A stretch of DNA of 64,000 nt, taken from positions 96,534,001 through 96,598,000 of the forward strand of contig NC_042998.1 in NCBI RefSeq assembly GCF_006345805.1, written 5' to 3'. This stretch comes from Octopus sinensis (lineage: Eukaryota). Below the pieces are notes generated by a model. The model had not been told where the DNA came from. It made no database searches and was given only the letters and a program-made list of their open reading frames with translations. The translations under genes were made by a program, and so were the position numbers. Positions 37,043 to 50,310 of this stretch are shown here, piece after piece; the stretch's first letter is position 1; each line of letters starts with the position of its first letter.

Positions 37043-38429
37043 ATTGATAAACATGTACTTTTCGTTTTTTATATGAACCTCTAAGACATTTTTCAGTAAG
37101 GCAGCTTGAATGTGGATGTCATTAAGACTGAAATGGTTAAATAGTTTAAATAGTTTACAGACAGCAGAGATCAGAGGGTTAGACAGAAGGGAGGACACTG
37201 ATATTATCATTTATGTGTCACTCAGGCCACACCTATCTTAAAAAACATTTTTAAGACGGTTATTGCAAAAGACATTATCTTCTTTAGAAAAAAATTTATT
37301 GAAATAGATATAAATATTTTGTATCTTCTGATACACACAAGCAGGAATAAGCACGTCAGTCCACACACAAATAAATTCAAATACGGTTGCACACATAGAG
37401 CCACTCGCAGGCAAGTCTCAAAGTAAAGGTTTCTTAAACTATTCATACAAGATGTGTGTGTGTGTGTGTGTTGTGTGTGTGTGTGTGTGTGCATATATAT
37501 ATATATATATATATACATACATATACATATGAGTGTATGCGTATGTAAGTGCGTGTGCAAGTATGTATGTATGTATGTATGTATGTATGTATGTATGTAT
37601 GTATGTATGTTTGTATAAGATCAAAAACAAAGTCATCGCCGTCGCCGAAATGTGAAATCATTTCAATTTTAGTATATGTACTACAAAAAGAAGTTCAAAA
37701 ATTCCTTCTAATTAAGGCATAAAGCCATTAATTTTGAGGAGAGGGGAATAATCAGCTCCATGGATCCTCGTAACTAAAACGCACTATATTTTTATTGACC
37801 CCGAAGGATGAAAGGTATAGCTGAGCTCAGTGAGATTCGAACTCAAAACGAAAAGAACCGAAGCAGATAATTACAAGGTATTTTCCCAGAGGCTCTGACG
37901 ATTCTGCCTGCTCACTACCTTTCCGAAAGCAAATTTTGTAGCTTAGATCTGTTATTTTTGACACACTGTCTTACAGAACACCCTAATAAAAATTAAAATA
38001 AATTGTTGCATAAGAAGTTTGTAATGAACGATAAATAGATATCTTGTTTGAATATTAGAGCAAAGTCTTGTAGTGGATGGGTCAATATGAGCATAATATA
38101 TTACATAATGATATTTCCTTCTGCAATTTTAACATGTTACTCTCTATCTTTCCCAGATATATTCCCTAACACTGTTAAAGGTTTCACAAAGACGATAGTT
38201 TATTCATCTATTGCTTACAAGATTATTGTACATATCATAATTGCATGTACGACACACTTTCTCATTTTCAAACAAAAAAGGTGTAGTGCAGCAGTTAATG
38301 GAGATGGTTGTGCCCAATAAATACTTAGCAATAACTTTTTTATAAAATCAGAGCAGCAACTTCACTCTATATTATGAACATGAAACAAAGTTTAGTAATT
38401 CAGAATATAAACAATATATACAATAATAC

Positions 38430-38944
38430 AAAACAAAAATATGTATTACAGTTCTATAATTAAAGTCAAAAAGAGGGTGAAACAATTGGATATTAATTTA
38501 ATAACATCGATTTAAACACCAGTGGCCTAGCGTATAAAAGACTGAGATTCAGTAAATATTATCAATACACAACTATGAGAGAGAATCCACTATGTGGACG
38601 CTCTTACGCTAGATATAGATCCGCAAAGGGACTCAACCACTAAGAATTGTTCTCAAAAATTGTTCTCAAAAAATAATTCAGCAAGCCAATAACGTAAGCG
38701 AGCAGGACAAATGAAAAATAACGAAAATATAGATTAACCCCATACAATTGTTTCACCGTTTATCCCTTTGCGGATCTATATCTAGCGTAAGAGCGTCCAC
38801 ATAGTGGATTCTCTCTCATAGTTGTGTATTACAGTTCTATATTTAGGAGATGAGAAATTATGTATATTATTTAAATTATTTTCATTTGACGGATATTTGT
38901 CCTCATCTTGTTTGTTTTTAACACAACGTTTCGGTATTTTTCGA

Positions 38945-38992
<48 letters not shown>

Positions 38993-39212
38993 CATTATGC
39001 AGGTCACTGTTTGGAATCGAACTCGCAATCTTGAGTTTAGTAGCCCGCACTCTTAACCACTATGCCATATGCTCTTAGGAATGCGAACCCAAGTTCGAAA
39101 TTTCCCCAAGACACCTGATGAAAGCTGGAGGGCATATCAGCCGACACGTTGTATTAACAACAAACAAAATGAGGGCAAATATCCGTCAAATGTAAATATT
39201 GTAAATAATGTA
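38430..39212. mobile_element. Composite element: nested inverted repeats, tRNA-like head and hammerhead-bearing PLE-type ends
   Basis: 68-bp perfect inverted repeat (38564-38631 / 38763-38830), 52-bp inverted repeat (38883-38934 / 39141-39192), tRNA-like A/B boxes on minus at 39012-39072, and CTGATGA at 39115. Confidence 0.7.
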
Positions 39213-41231
39213 AATCGATGTATATTACTGAGTTAAACATGTTTCTTCAAGCCATAAATATAACGTGCTTTCCTCAGATGATCCTTCGAGAGAAAAAAAA
39301 ACGATAGTAAAACATTAAAAGATAGCAATACACAGAAATAGAAAAAACGTTTCTTCTTTCTTTGTCCAAGGTGAGGCTGCATAAGAAACATGACATACTT
39401 TTATAGCTGTTTTACGTATTTAGTAAATTTAATTAATTTTATATAATTAATTTTATATAATTAAATTTACTAGATGCACAGTGGTGTCTAGAATCTCTCG
39501 GCATACCCCAAAGTAATTTTTATTTGAGAAGTAAATCTTGACGACACGACATTAATTAGTAACTGAACTAGCAAGTGAAAATGTGTCTAAGATATAAAAT
39601 CAGTTTTCCTGATTTCGTTATAAGCGGAACAACAGTAAACTATAAATACAATTTCACGGTTGCTTTAGAATGTAGGGCATAAAATTACTGATGAAATGGC
39701 ATAGTTCCATTAGCACTTCTTTCACTGATGGTGTATAATAATCATGACAGACCCTTACGATCGTTTCGTGTACCTGGTAAATTTAATTAATTCGCGAACC
39801 AAGCAACCGCTAAAACCTTTGGGTGTATTCCTCAGTAAACTTTAGTCTAAAAAATAAACACTGCTGGAGATTAGTAATTTACATTTCAGACGCTAAGGAT
39901 ATTCCCCTTGGCTATATAGAACTGCACTGTTGATAGACCTAAATCGAAAGTGAAAGAACATTCAATACATCCACTTTCAGTTAAACTTCCATCAGATACT
40001 GAACTGTACTGGATAAAAGTAGAGTTTTTTTTAAATATATATTCCAACAATTATTTTCAAGTAAAACTCTTTTTCAACTCAGCAGTTTATAATATACTTT
40101 TCTGTTGAGGTCGTATTTCAGGCTGTTGGAAACCATTTTCATTTTTTTATGAACTTCCATATGTTGCAGAAAAGAAAAGTATCACACTCCATGTCATTTC
40201 GAAATTTTTCTGATGATTCATCTTTATCATTGTAATGACATAAAAAAAAAATAGAAAAAAAATAGAAAAAAAAAAGCTCACGAAATCTGTTATTGATCGC
40301 AACAGTCCGCCATTTGTGCTAATTATATACAGTCAAGTTGATTGACCTACTTCCGTACAGCATACCAGACTCATTAACACTTTATTAGAAATAAAATAAA
40401 CGAAATACAACGGTTGATTCGATTGTTTAATCATTCTTACCCTTATTTCCATCATCATCATCATCATCATCACCACCACCACCACAACCAATGCAATCAC
40501 CATTACCTACAACAATAACGACTAGGGTGACAATGACAACTGCAACAACAACATCACTATCATCATCATCACTATCCTCGTCATCATCATCATCATCATC
40601 ATCATTATCATCATCATCATCATTATCATCATCATCATTATCATCAACATCATCATCATCATTATTATCATCATCATCATCATCATTATCATCAACCGTT
40701 GTATTTCGTCGTCGTCGTCGTCTCTATATCATTTCGATTATCGTTAACACTTCACCACCACCATCACCACAACCACCACCAACAACAACAACAGCATTAT
40801 CAGCATTATCATCACTACTACCGTCATCATCGTCGTCGTCGTCATCGCCATCGTCATCGTCTCAACATTATTGCTACTACAACCAACACCACTATCATCA
40901 CTATCATCAAATCATTTCCATCGTTATCGCAGACATCATGATCATCATAATTATTATCTTCCTTCATATAATATTATAGCTGTTGCTCTTTTTTATTTTA
41001 TCAGTCAATACTCTTTAGTGTAGTACAAAAATGCATTGTTATCTTTAGCTGCAGTTGTGTTAATCCGTGCATAATAATTTGAGATTAATTGAAAACCAAT
41101 GATAAAGATTTATGCTTAATTCTAAATAACTATATATATATATATATATAATATATATATAATATATATTAAAGGCGTACTCCAGCATGGCATACAGTCA
41201 CATGACTGAAACAAGTAAAAAGTAAAAGATT

Positions 41232-41391
41232 GTGACCGCGTGTGTACCGTTGGCGATTTTTTTTCCTCTGTTTAACGGTCATTTTCGTTGCATTTTTTCC
41301 GATGGCCGGATAACTGAAGAGATGGCGGCGTGGATTTCCACCCCGACAGCCGAAACTCGGAGTTTTAACATGGCTACCGAATATTTGTCAC

Positions 41392-41400
<9 letters not shown>
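41232..41400 (+). mobile_element. Single-arm relative of the 24531 fold-back element with hammerhead-like motif
   Basis: GATAA-CTGAAGA-GATGG...CC-GAAACTCGGAGTT-TTAAC...TGTCACATATTATAT, then (TA)n. Confidence 0.7.
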
Positions 41401-41443
<43 letters not shown>

Positions 41444-41589
41444 CATACATGCTAATATCTAACAGTGACAATAAAGTACATACAAGCATACATACATACA
41501 TACATACATACATACATACATACATACATACATACATACATACATACATGGTAATATATGGTAATTGCTCTCTCTCTTCACAGATTCTT

Positions 41590-41990
41590 GCCATCTTCTT
41601 GTACTTCCTCGTTGTCAAATGCATTTATGACTTTCCGTCCATGATCCCTCACAGTGATTCTCAAATAACTATTGAGTCCAGCTGCAGACCTGCATGATTT
41701 GAAGTATAGGTGACAGATAAAGTTGTAACATACTGTGTACTTCCAAATGGTTAGGCCCGAACATGCTACTATTCTTCCATCGCCATGGGACTTTCATACA
41801 TGAAATGATAAACGAGATCATCGTAAAGAGACATCTACACATCATTGGATTATAGTGTTAAAAGCTGATACAAAACGAATACCACTCTCTGAGTTTCCGA
41901 GATTAGTACCTAGTAACAGGCTGAAGTGAGATAAATAGTAATCTCATGCAACTTCAGGTTTTAAATCAAGGTATGACTCTAAACCGTATC
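41590..41990 (-). mobile_element. Possible very degraded RTE LINE 3' end
   Basis: A minus frame contains CRSAAGLNSYLR, resembling the RTE C-terminal C-x-S-x-x-GL-x-SH motif. Confidence 0.3.
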
Positions 41991-42129
41991 TTGTAGTGAA
42001 ACTCTGGTTCGGGAATTCAAGGGTTTTGAGAAATTTGGAACCACATCTTAACTACTATTGCTCCCAGCTGTACTCTGACAGAGAACAGTAACACCTGTCA
42101 AGGTCTCGGCCACGGATGGTGGTGGTGGT

Positions 42130-42345
42130 GATAAAATATGCCTTGATGCAGTCCCAGACACTGATCTTATCTGATTAGAAGTGTTATGTACATGTTTTAT
42201 CGTGGTATAAAAAGATGGGCTACAGCAACTATTCTGCTCAATACCACAATGCCCTGATGCAGTACTGGCTCTCATGGCTTCTGTTCTTAACTGATCGGAA
42301 GTGTTATCATGGACATGTTTGTCTTGGTGAAAAAAAGATGGGCTA
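42130..42345 (+). repeat. Two ~110-bp degenerate tandem units of an interspersed repeat
   Basis: GCC(T/C)TGATGCAGT...CTGAT(TA/CG)GAAGTGTTAT...AAAAGATGGGCTA occurs twice. Confidence 0.6.
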
Positions 42346-42419
42346 ATTTCGGCAATAAACTCGCGCGCAGTCGCAACAGTTCGGTATGGCACTGGAATCC
42401 TGAAGCGAACAGAGGAGGA

Positions 42420-42985
42420 GCTAAAGTACATTGGAAACTGAGAAAAGTGGAGGTTAGAGAGAGGCAAGATGTGGTATGAGCACAAACTACAGAGTCTGGT
42501 GAAGTCGGAGACTAGCAAAATCCTCTGGGATTTTCCAATCCAAATAGATCAGCTGCTAGACTATAACAGACCGGAGCTAGTAGTGGTGGACAAAGTGCAC
42601 CACATATACTATATAGTTGATGTTACATGCCCCTTTGACTCACGAATAGTCAAGAAGGAAGGCGAAAAGATAGATATATATACAACCCTCTTAAGTACGA
42701 AATAGCCCGGCTATAGAAAATGAGGGTGAAAATAATGCCAATTATTGTTGGGTCCTTGGGAACAGTATCAGAAGGCATTAAGGGGAATATACAGGAAATT
42801 GGAATAGAGTGCCCAGTAGAACTGTTACAAAAGGTTTGCCTCCTTGACACGGTCAGAACAATCAGGAAAGTATTAGATAGCTGAAAAGAATGGATAGCAT
42901 GGTGCTGTAGGCTGCAGGTAGCAAGCCCGCTACGTATGCAAGACTCCAGGAGCTCCAACAAAACCTGTGATAAAGAGAAATAATA
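42420..42985 (+). mobile_element. Dong/R4-type RLE retrotransposon 3' fragment
   Basis: WYEHKLQSLVKSETSKILWDFPIQIDQLLDYNRPELVVVDK...IVDVTCPFD, PIIVGSLGTV, LLQKVCLLDTVRTIRKVLDS*. AAT/AAC tail. Confidence 0.85.
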
Positions 42986-43003
42986 ACAATAATAACAAGA
43001 AGC

Positions 43004-43321
43004 GCTCTGTCGGTTACGACGATGAGGGTCCCAGCTGATACGATCAACAGAACAGCTTGCTCTTGAAATTAACGTGCAACTGGCTGAGCACTCCACAGAC
43101 ACATGTACCCTTATCGTAATTCTCAGGGAGATTCAGCGTGACACAGAATACGACAAGCCTGGCCCTTTGGAATAAAGGTACAACTCATTTTTGCCAGCTC
43201 AGTGGACTGGTGTAACGTGAAATAAAGTGTCTTGCTCAAGGACACAACGCGTCGCTGGAAATTGAACTCATGACCTTACGATCGTGAACCGAATACCCTA
43301 ACCACTAAGCCACGCGCCCTC
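43004..43321 (-). mobile_element. tRNA-derived SINE (core B + tail Y)
   Basis: Head GAGGGCGCGTGGCTTAGTGG, core TTGTGTCCTTGAGCAAGAC, tail shared with the 57280 copy. Confidence 0.85.
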
Positions 43322-43642
43322 ATATAACAACCACAACAATAGCAGCAGTAATAATAATATTTGTGCACCATTTCATTTGGTCATATACTTCATGCGGCAA
43401 TTGAACTTACACGACATTTCACAAAACCTCCTTTACTTCGGGAGATTTGGCTGCTCTTTCTAGCAGGTTCATAAACACGTAGAAGTTCTCTCTTTGCTTT
43501 GGCTATTGATGTGTTTTATGTGACAGCAATAACAAATGCATTATTTACTTTGCAACAGAATGGATCACGAGAACGTTATTACTATGTTTATTGTTGTCGC
43601 TATTATTGCTATCATTGCTATTATTATTATTATTACTATTAA

Positions 43643-43704
<62 letters not shown>

Positions 43705-44789
43705 TTATTATTATGTTACATATTCATATATCAATATACAAAAACGGAAATAACGCAAATGAATGAAGCAATTAGTGTAATGCGTCAATTAGTGATTCAT
43801 ATCTGCTAAAAGAACACTTCTGTTTCTTGTCCAGACAAAGAGCTTCTACATAGCCACTCGACCTATAAGAAATGGCTGTCATATCTCCCTCCTTTCCCAC
43901 ATACGGCCTTGAAAATAAGATTAATGACTTGTAGGGACGCAAAATTTCGTTATGCAACCATAATATACTGTAAAGTATATTAAACGTTTTCATAAGTCGA
44001 TACAGTGTTTTGCTATGTTAACAAGTAACTTGAAAATAAGTGGACACTTTAGACGATGCAATCCTAGGTACACTCTTCTTCGTTAGTTTGGACTGAAAGA
44101 AATGAGCAACATCCATGCCTTTACAGACCCTCCGAGACCGGTGATTGACAACTGCTGGAAAAAATACGTTCACAGAGGTGTATTGGAGGGAGTCGATAAA
44201 ACGACTGGTCGTTGTAGATAATATAAACCCTGAAATGGTGAGAAAAGAAGAGAGGAAGAAGAGAGGATCGGGGGTGGTATAATGTCATTAGTTATGGCTT
44301 CAACGTCTTAGCCCTTATATCAAAGTCTGACCTGGAGTTAAACAACAACATATTTTTTCAGGCCAATGCTTTTCTTTTTTCTTTTTTTAATTTTTCTACT
44401 TCCTTTTCCTACATACAATTAATACAACCACGCATCTTCTCCTGATTCTCTCATTTTTTTATTTGTTTCAGTCGTAATAGGTAGAGTTTAACAATGAAAT
44501 TGCTCACAGTCTAGTAGTATTTATAGAGTGGTGCCCATATAATCGAGCTCGAGAGGTTGAAAGGCAAATGAACTTAGAACGTAGAGGGACATAACCACTT
44601 TGATGTTCTACTATAGCGATTCTGAGAACCACGTGTCTTTATGTTATACTCGAGAAGAGCTGAAGGATTGTTAGAATCGTGTCTCGATATATTCATACTT
44701 CCTTTCCTACATACATACCATACAGTATTTTGCTGTAATTCCTTTAAAGTATGATATATTGGATGCAGTTGTGCATCGTTAACCAGCTA

Positions 44790-45300
44790 GAGATGTCCTC
44801 TTGGAGTTAAATATGTAAATACTGGTACTGGCTTAACTGTTTTGTTAAAATCGCAGTAGAATCTGCTCGAACGGACAGCCATGTTAAAGTGGCTACGAAT
44901 ATTACTTGTTAGGATATAGCTGTTTTGACAATATAGAGTAAAACATTTCCAATCACAACAAAAATCTTAAAATACTGTAAAATCATTCTAACGTCAAAGA
45001 AAATAATTGACTGCTACCTGAACGAGTAAATCCTGTTAATGGGACTGGTGTATAGAGCCAATGTAAAAGTCTACTCATCACACGGACCATATATCAGGAT
45101 AATTAAAATCTCATTCAAGACCCGATACATACAACATATTTATTCGTTTATCTGTAGGAGCAAAAGCAGCTATCGAAATACATTTAGTACTCAAAATACA
45201 AAAGTGTAAGTTGTCGTTCAGTTAAATAGAGTATAGCTTGAAAAAGAAAATTATTTAACGGTCAATGAAGTAATTACAGTTTATGCACAACTGAGAAGCT
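44790..45300 (+). mobile_element. Highly degraded Penelope-like GIY-YIG fragment
   Basis: Fragments GYSCFDNI, NHNKNL, VYRANV and YIRIIKISFKTRY match the Penelope endonuclease region. Many stops. Confidence 0.55.
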
Positions 45301-45376
45301 TAAAATAATAAATCCGCGAATCAACATTTTGGGTATGTAGAAAGAGACATTTTCTTGTTTGCATACAAATTGTTTG

Positions 45377-45665
45377 TTCCTTCTCGAGCCACGACTTAGG
45401 GGCGGTTTCCCGGTTTCCTTAGCGTATAGGTTCCCCGCCTGGACGGGACGCCGGTTCGTCGCATGTGAGCAACAAGATGTAGGAGGAAAGACTGAGAGAA
45501 AGTTGTGGCGAAAGTGTCAGCAGAAGTTCGCCATTACCTTCTGCCGGAGTCCGCGTGGAGCTTAGGTGTTTCGCTCATAAACACACACATCGCCCGGTCT
45601 GAGATTCGAACCCACGATCCCTCGACCGCGAGTCCGCTGCTCTAACCAGTAGGCCATGTGTCTCC
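45377..45665 (-). mobile_element. tRNA-derived SINE (core A + tail X)
   Basis: Reverse complement of the 34463 copy. Imperfect TSD TGCA(T/A)ACAAATT. Confidence 0.9.
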
Positions 45666-46033
45666 ACTGCAAACAAATTATTCAAACTAAAATCTTCCAA
45701 ATATTTTATTCAGCTATTTTCAGTGAAAATCTTCGGGATCTCCACTGTGAAACTTAACACTTAAAATTGAGCACTTACAAACTATCTCCTTTCTCTACAT
45801 AATGGTTGAACATGTGAAGTGCTTCCGGAGTGGGGGACTAAGGTTTTTGTGATTTACAATGTGTGCCAATTGCATTTATCTTGATAATGTTAGGTGCTAC
45901 TAAATGGAAGACAGTCTATTTAAATTTGCAGATTAACCATACGGTTAATAGTCGGGTTGAACTTAACATCGAGTACACTTTTGGAGAGAGAGGGCAAAGA
46001 AAAGAAAGAAAGAAAGAAAGAAAGAAAGAACGA

Positions 46034-46069
<36 letters not shown>

Positions 46070-46304
46070 AAAAGAAAGAAAGAAAGAAAGAAGAAAAAAG
46101 AAAGAAAGAAAGAAAGTTAGTGTGAGCGTTTAAGTGAAATTAGATATAGATATCTGAAGTTAATAATTCAGAGATGCCAACTGCCAGACAAAACAGTTAA
46201 GCCAGTATTAACATATTTAATTTAGTAAGACCAGGAAATTAATTCAAACCACATTTATTGTAAGGAAAAGACATCACTTTATCGGCAAGTACAATGAAAT
46301 CTAT

Positions 46305-46348
46305 ACTTCGCTGAAGAAGTGTCACAAGTCTGAAACATGGCCAGAGTT
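46305..46348 (+). ncRNA. Degenerate hammerhead-like motif (U16.1->G)
   Basis: CTGAAGA-AG...CT-GAAAC-AT-GGC-CAGAG, close to an inverted fragment of the 44790 PLE. Confidence 0.3.
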
Positions 46349-47089
46349 GCCTCACGCACTTGCTTAAACAATATAAGCGATACTACAAGTCATTGCGCCA
46401 ACGTCTTTTTTCTTTTTCTACATAATTATTACAAGTTAAGTATTTGGTGCTTACTATATTAAATATGGTAATTAAATATATTAACATTAATTTAATTAGT
46501 GTGTTGTATAGAAAATGAAGTATAATGAAATGCTTTGAGTGATTTGGAACTCCTTAAAGACTACTAGAATGGAACTAGTCAACACCTCAAGGCCAAAATA
46601 TTTCTATGTTCATTTCTATATATATTTGATATTGCGTAGAAACATTGGCAGACTTTTGTTGTTGACAAGCATAAAATGTTTGACATAGTAGTGGTTGTTA
46701 TACCCATTAAAGGACGTTATTGTATATACATTTCAGACGTGTCGTTCCCATCAGGAATAATCTAGTAATGCTCACTGTAATGCTGACTAACTGTCACGTT
46801 CAACTACATTTTCACAACTGGCCACAGACTGACTCATTACAACATATGCACGCATCTATTCTATATGTACGCTATGTTATTCGTAAGTGCGTATATGCGT
46901 GTAGACGCATTGGGGAGTGTGTGCTTGTTTGTGTATGCGTGACTCTGAACGTATGCGTGTTTATGCAACAGTGAGTGCGTGTGAGGATTCATCAGTGTGT
47001 ATGTGCGTTTGTGTTTGTGTGTGTGTGTGTGTATTTGTGTCGGCATATATGCGTGTAGATAACATCCACTGTGTGTCTATACGTGTAGA

Positions 47090-48057
47090 TATATCACAAT
47101 GCAACTGTATGTAAATATGTATTTGCGTATATGTATATAGACGCATCAATGAATACGTATTTACGTATGTCTATGTATGTATGTATGTATGTATGTATGT
47201 ATGTATGTATGTATTCATGTATGTATGTATGTATGTATGTATGTATGTATGTATGTATGTATGTATGTTTGTATGTATGTATGTTTGTATGTATGTATGT
47301 ATGTATGTTTGTATGTATGTATGTATGTATGTATGTATGTAGATGTATCAGTATGCATGTGTGTGTCTGCGTATATGCATACGGATGTATTAATGAATGC
47401 ATATTTGCGTGCATGCATATTGAAGCATTTCTTTGTATTTGAGTGCATTTACGTATAGATGTCTAGCTGCATCAGTGAATACAAATGCATGCACGTGTGC
47501 ATATGTTTATGCATGTATGTAGGTAAATAGGTAGGTAGGAAGGTGGTAGGTAGGTAGGTAGGTAGGAATGTGGTAGGTAGGTAGGTAGGTAGGTAGGTAG
47601 GTAGGTAGGCAGGTAGGTAGGTAGGTATGCAAATGCATCAGTATATATTTGGCCATGTGCATATGTGTGAATAAATGCACCGCTGGTGTACATTTGTGCA
47701 TATGTAAATGAGTAGATGGATCAGAATACATTTGTGTCTATGTATGTGTAAAAGCATGACTAAATGCATATTTGCGTGCATGTGTGTGTATGTGTGCGAG
47801 TGAATGCGTGCATGCGTGTGTGCAGCTGCATTAGTATGTATTTATTAGGTGTCTGTGTATATAATTGTAGATACATAAGCAAATATTTGTTCATGCCTGT
47901 GTGGATGCCTGTTTGTGGATGCATGAATGTGTGCATGCATGTGTGTGTGTACTGATGCAACAGTTAGATGTGCATCTACGTGTCTTCGTATGCATGTTGA
48001 TGCATTAAGGAATAAGTATTTGTCTCTGTACACACACACACATACATATATATAATA

Positions 48058-48104
<47 letters not shown>

Positions 48105-48480
48105 ATCTATTTTCGTCCACCTCACTCTCTATTTTGTATCACATCGAAACTAACTATGACTTAATTTTTCCTCTCACACCGTCCCTGATGAAGGGATATT
48201 ATTATTTATTAATTAATATCCTAGAAACAGCAGTAAGATTTTCTATCTATAAATGCTCTAATATCTATACGGCCTTGGTTTTTTATCTTATTACACAAAA
48301 AATTCTCATATACACTCGCTGACATAGAACCAACGTTGAACCCTTTATTCGCAATATTACCGAATCTAGAACGTAACTATGGTCTGTCTATAGCACCTAT
48401 TCAGCATTACCTGACACCTTTGGGTCTCAATGACACCATTATCTCTTATATATATATATATAATATATATATATATTATA

Positions 48481-48541
<61 letters not shown>

Positions 48542-48581
48542 TATATATACATATACATATATATATATTATATATATATTA

Positions 48582-48628
<47 letters not shown>

Positions 48629-48632
48629 CATA

Positions 48633-48666
<34 letters not shown>

Positions 48667-49730
48667 ATTATATATATATATAATATAATATATATATATA
48701 TATATATATATTTATATTTATTTATTTATCCGTGTTAATTGTTAACAAGGTAAAATACACTCATCTATTTATATATATATATATATATATAATATACGTA
48801 TGTATGTATGTGTTTATATATGAGAAAGCATTTATGCATATGTGTGTTCATGTAAGCGTATACGTGTGTGTTTGCGTATATATGTATGTATAGAAGCATG
48901 AGTAATGATTTATGCTCATGTATGTCTATTTATATATGTGTGTTTTGTGTATTTGTACGTCTATAAATGTGTGTGTGTGTGTGTGTTTACGATAGATTGA
49001 GCACGTAATATGTCTGCATCTGTTGGCTATTTTGTTCATCCAGACTAAATTGTGCTAGTGTATATGTTTGCGTGCGTATGTGTGTGTGTTTGTGCATGTG
49101 TGTATATGTGTGTGTGTATGCGTGCGTGTGTGTATTTGTTTGTGTGCGCGCGTGTGTGTGTATGTATTAGTGTGTTTCAGCGTGTGCGTGTGTGTGTGTG
49201 TGTGTGTGCGCGCGCGCGCGTGTGCGTATGCGTGTGTGTGTGTATGTGTTTGTGTGTATATATATGTGTGTGAGTGTGAGTTTGCGCTTTCGCGCGCGTA
49301 TCTGTGGGGTTTTTTTCTGTATGTGTTTGTGTGTCTCTATTTGTTTGAGTCGTTGTGCAGTTTTCACAACTGCACATGCAAGCATGCCCGTGTCTGCATG
49401 TGTGTGTATGTATATGTTGTGTTAGTGTGTGTGCGTGTGTATGTGTGTGTGTGTGTTTGTGTATGTGTGTGTGTGCGTGCGTGTGTATGTGCGTGCGTGT
49501 GTATGTGTGTGTGTGTTGTGTGTGTGTGTGTGTGTATGTGTGTGTGTATGTGTGTGTATGTGTGTGTGTGTGTGCATGTGTGTGTGTGTATGTGTGTGTG
49601 TATGTGTGTGTATGTGTGTGTGTGTGTGTATGTGTATGTGTGTATGTGTGTGTGTGTGTGTGTGTGTATGTGTGTGTGTATGTGTGTGTGTGTGTGTGCA
49701 TGTGTGTGTGTGTGTGTGCGTGTGTGTGTA
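47090..49730. repeat. Dense field of (TATG)n, (TAGG)n, (TG)n and (TA)n microsatellites
   Basis: Directly visible. Source of many YVCM/HTHT/IYIY pseudo-ORFs. Confidence 0.9.
48181..48239 (+). ncRNA. Hammerhead-ribozyme-like motif with intact core, PLE-type terminus
   Basis: GTCC-CTGATGA-AG-GGATATT[loop]AATATCC-TA-GAAAC-AGCA-GTA-AGAT. 7-bp stem II and GUA site. The element runs to (TA)n at about 48447. Confidence 0.55.
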
Positions 49731-49839
49731 TACTGTACGTTCTGCTCTCCAGCCTGTGTCGACAGACACATGTTGCATTTGTTAATCTAGCAGTGATCTA
49801 ACGACAGCTGACGCTTGGCCTAGTCACTCCAGCCATATT

Positions 49840-49876
<37 letters not shown>

Positions 49877-49959
49877 ACACACACACACACCACACACACA
49901 CTCACTGCGACTTGTCTAATGTAATTGTCGCTAGAAACATCAGCAACAATTACTTCTAT

Positions 49960-50075
49960 AACGATTGCTGCTACTGCTATTGCCATTTCTGCTGCTGCTG
50001 TTGCTGCTGCCACCGCCGCCGATGGTGATGATGGTGATAACGACGACAATGGCGACGATGACGACGACGGTAATA

Positions 50076-50106
<31 letters not shown>

Positions 50107-50167
50107 TGATGATAATGATGATGACGATGATGACGATGATGATGATAATGATGATGACGATGATGAC

Positions 50168-50202
<35 letters not shown>

Positions 50203-50215
50203 CGATGACGATGAC

Positions 50216-50310
<95 letters not shown>

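Noticed and set aside
39012-39072. tRNA gene call for tRNA-like heads here and at 34463, 45665 and 57280
   Set aside because: No closed acceptor stem or terminator; they continue into SINE bodies.
42255-42300. Faint U2 snRNA-like words (CTGTTCTTA, TGCAGTAC)
   Set aside because: Matches are 8-9 nt, in the wrong order, and lie within a duplicated repeat unit.
44127-44177. 51-nt plus-strand exon-like segment (PPRPVIDNCWKKYVHR)
   Set aside because: Weak donor (GTGTAT), unrecognised peptide; cannot be distinguished from chance.
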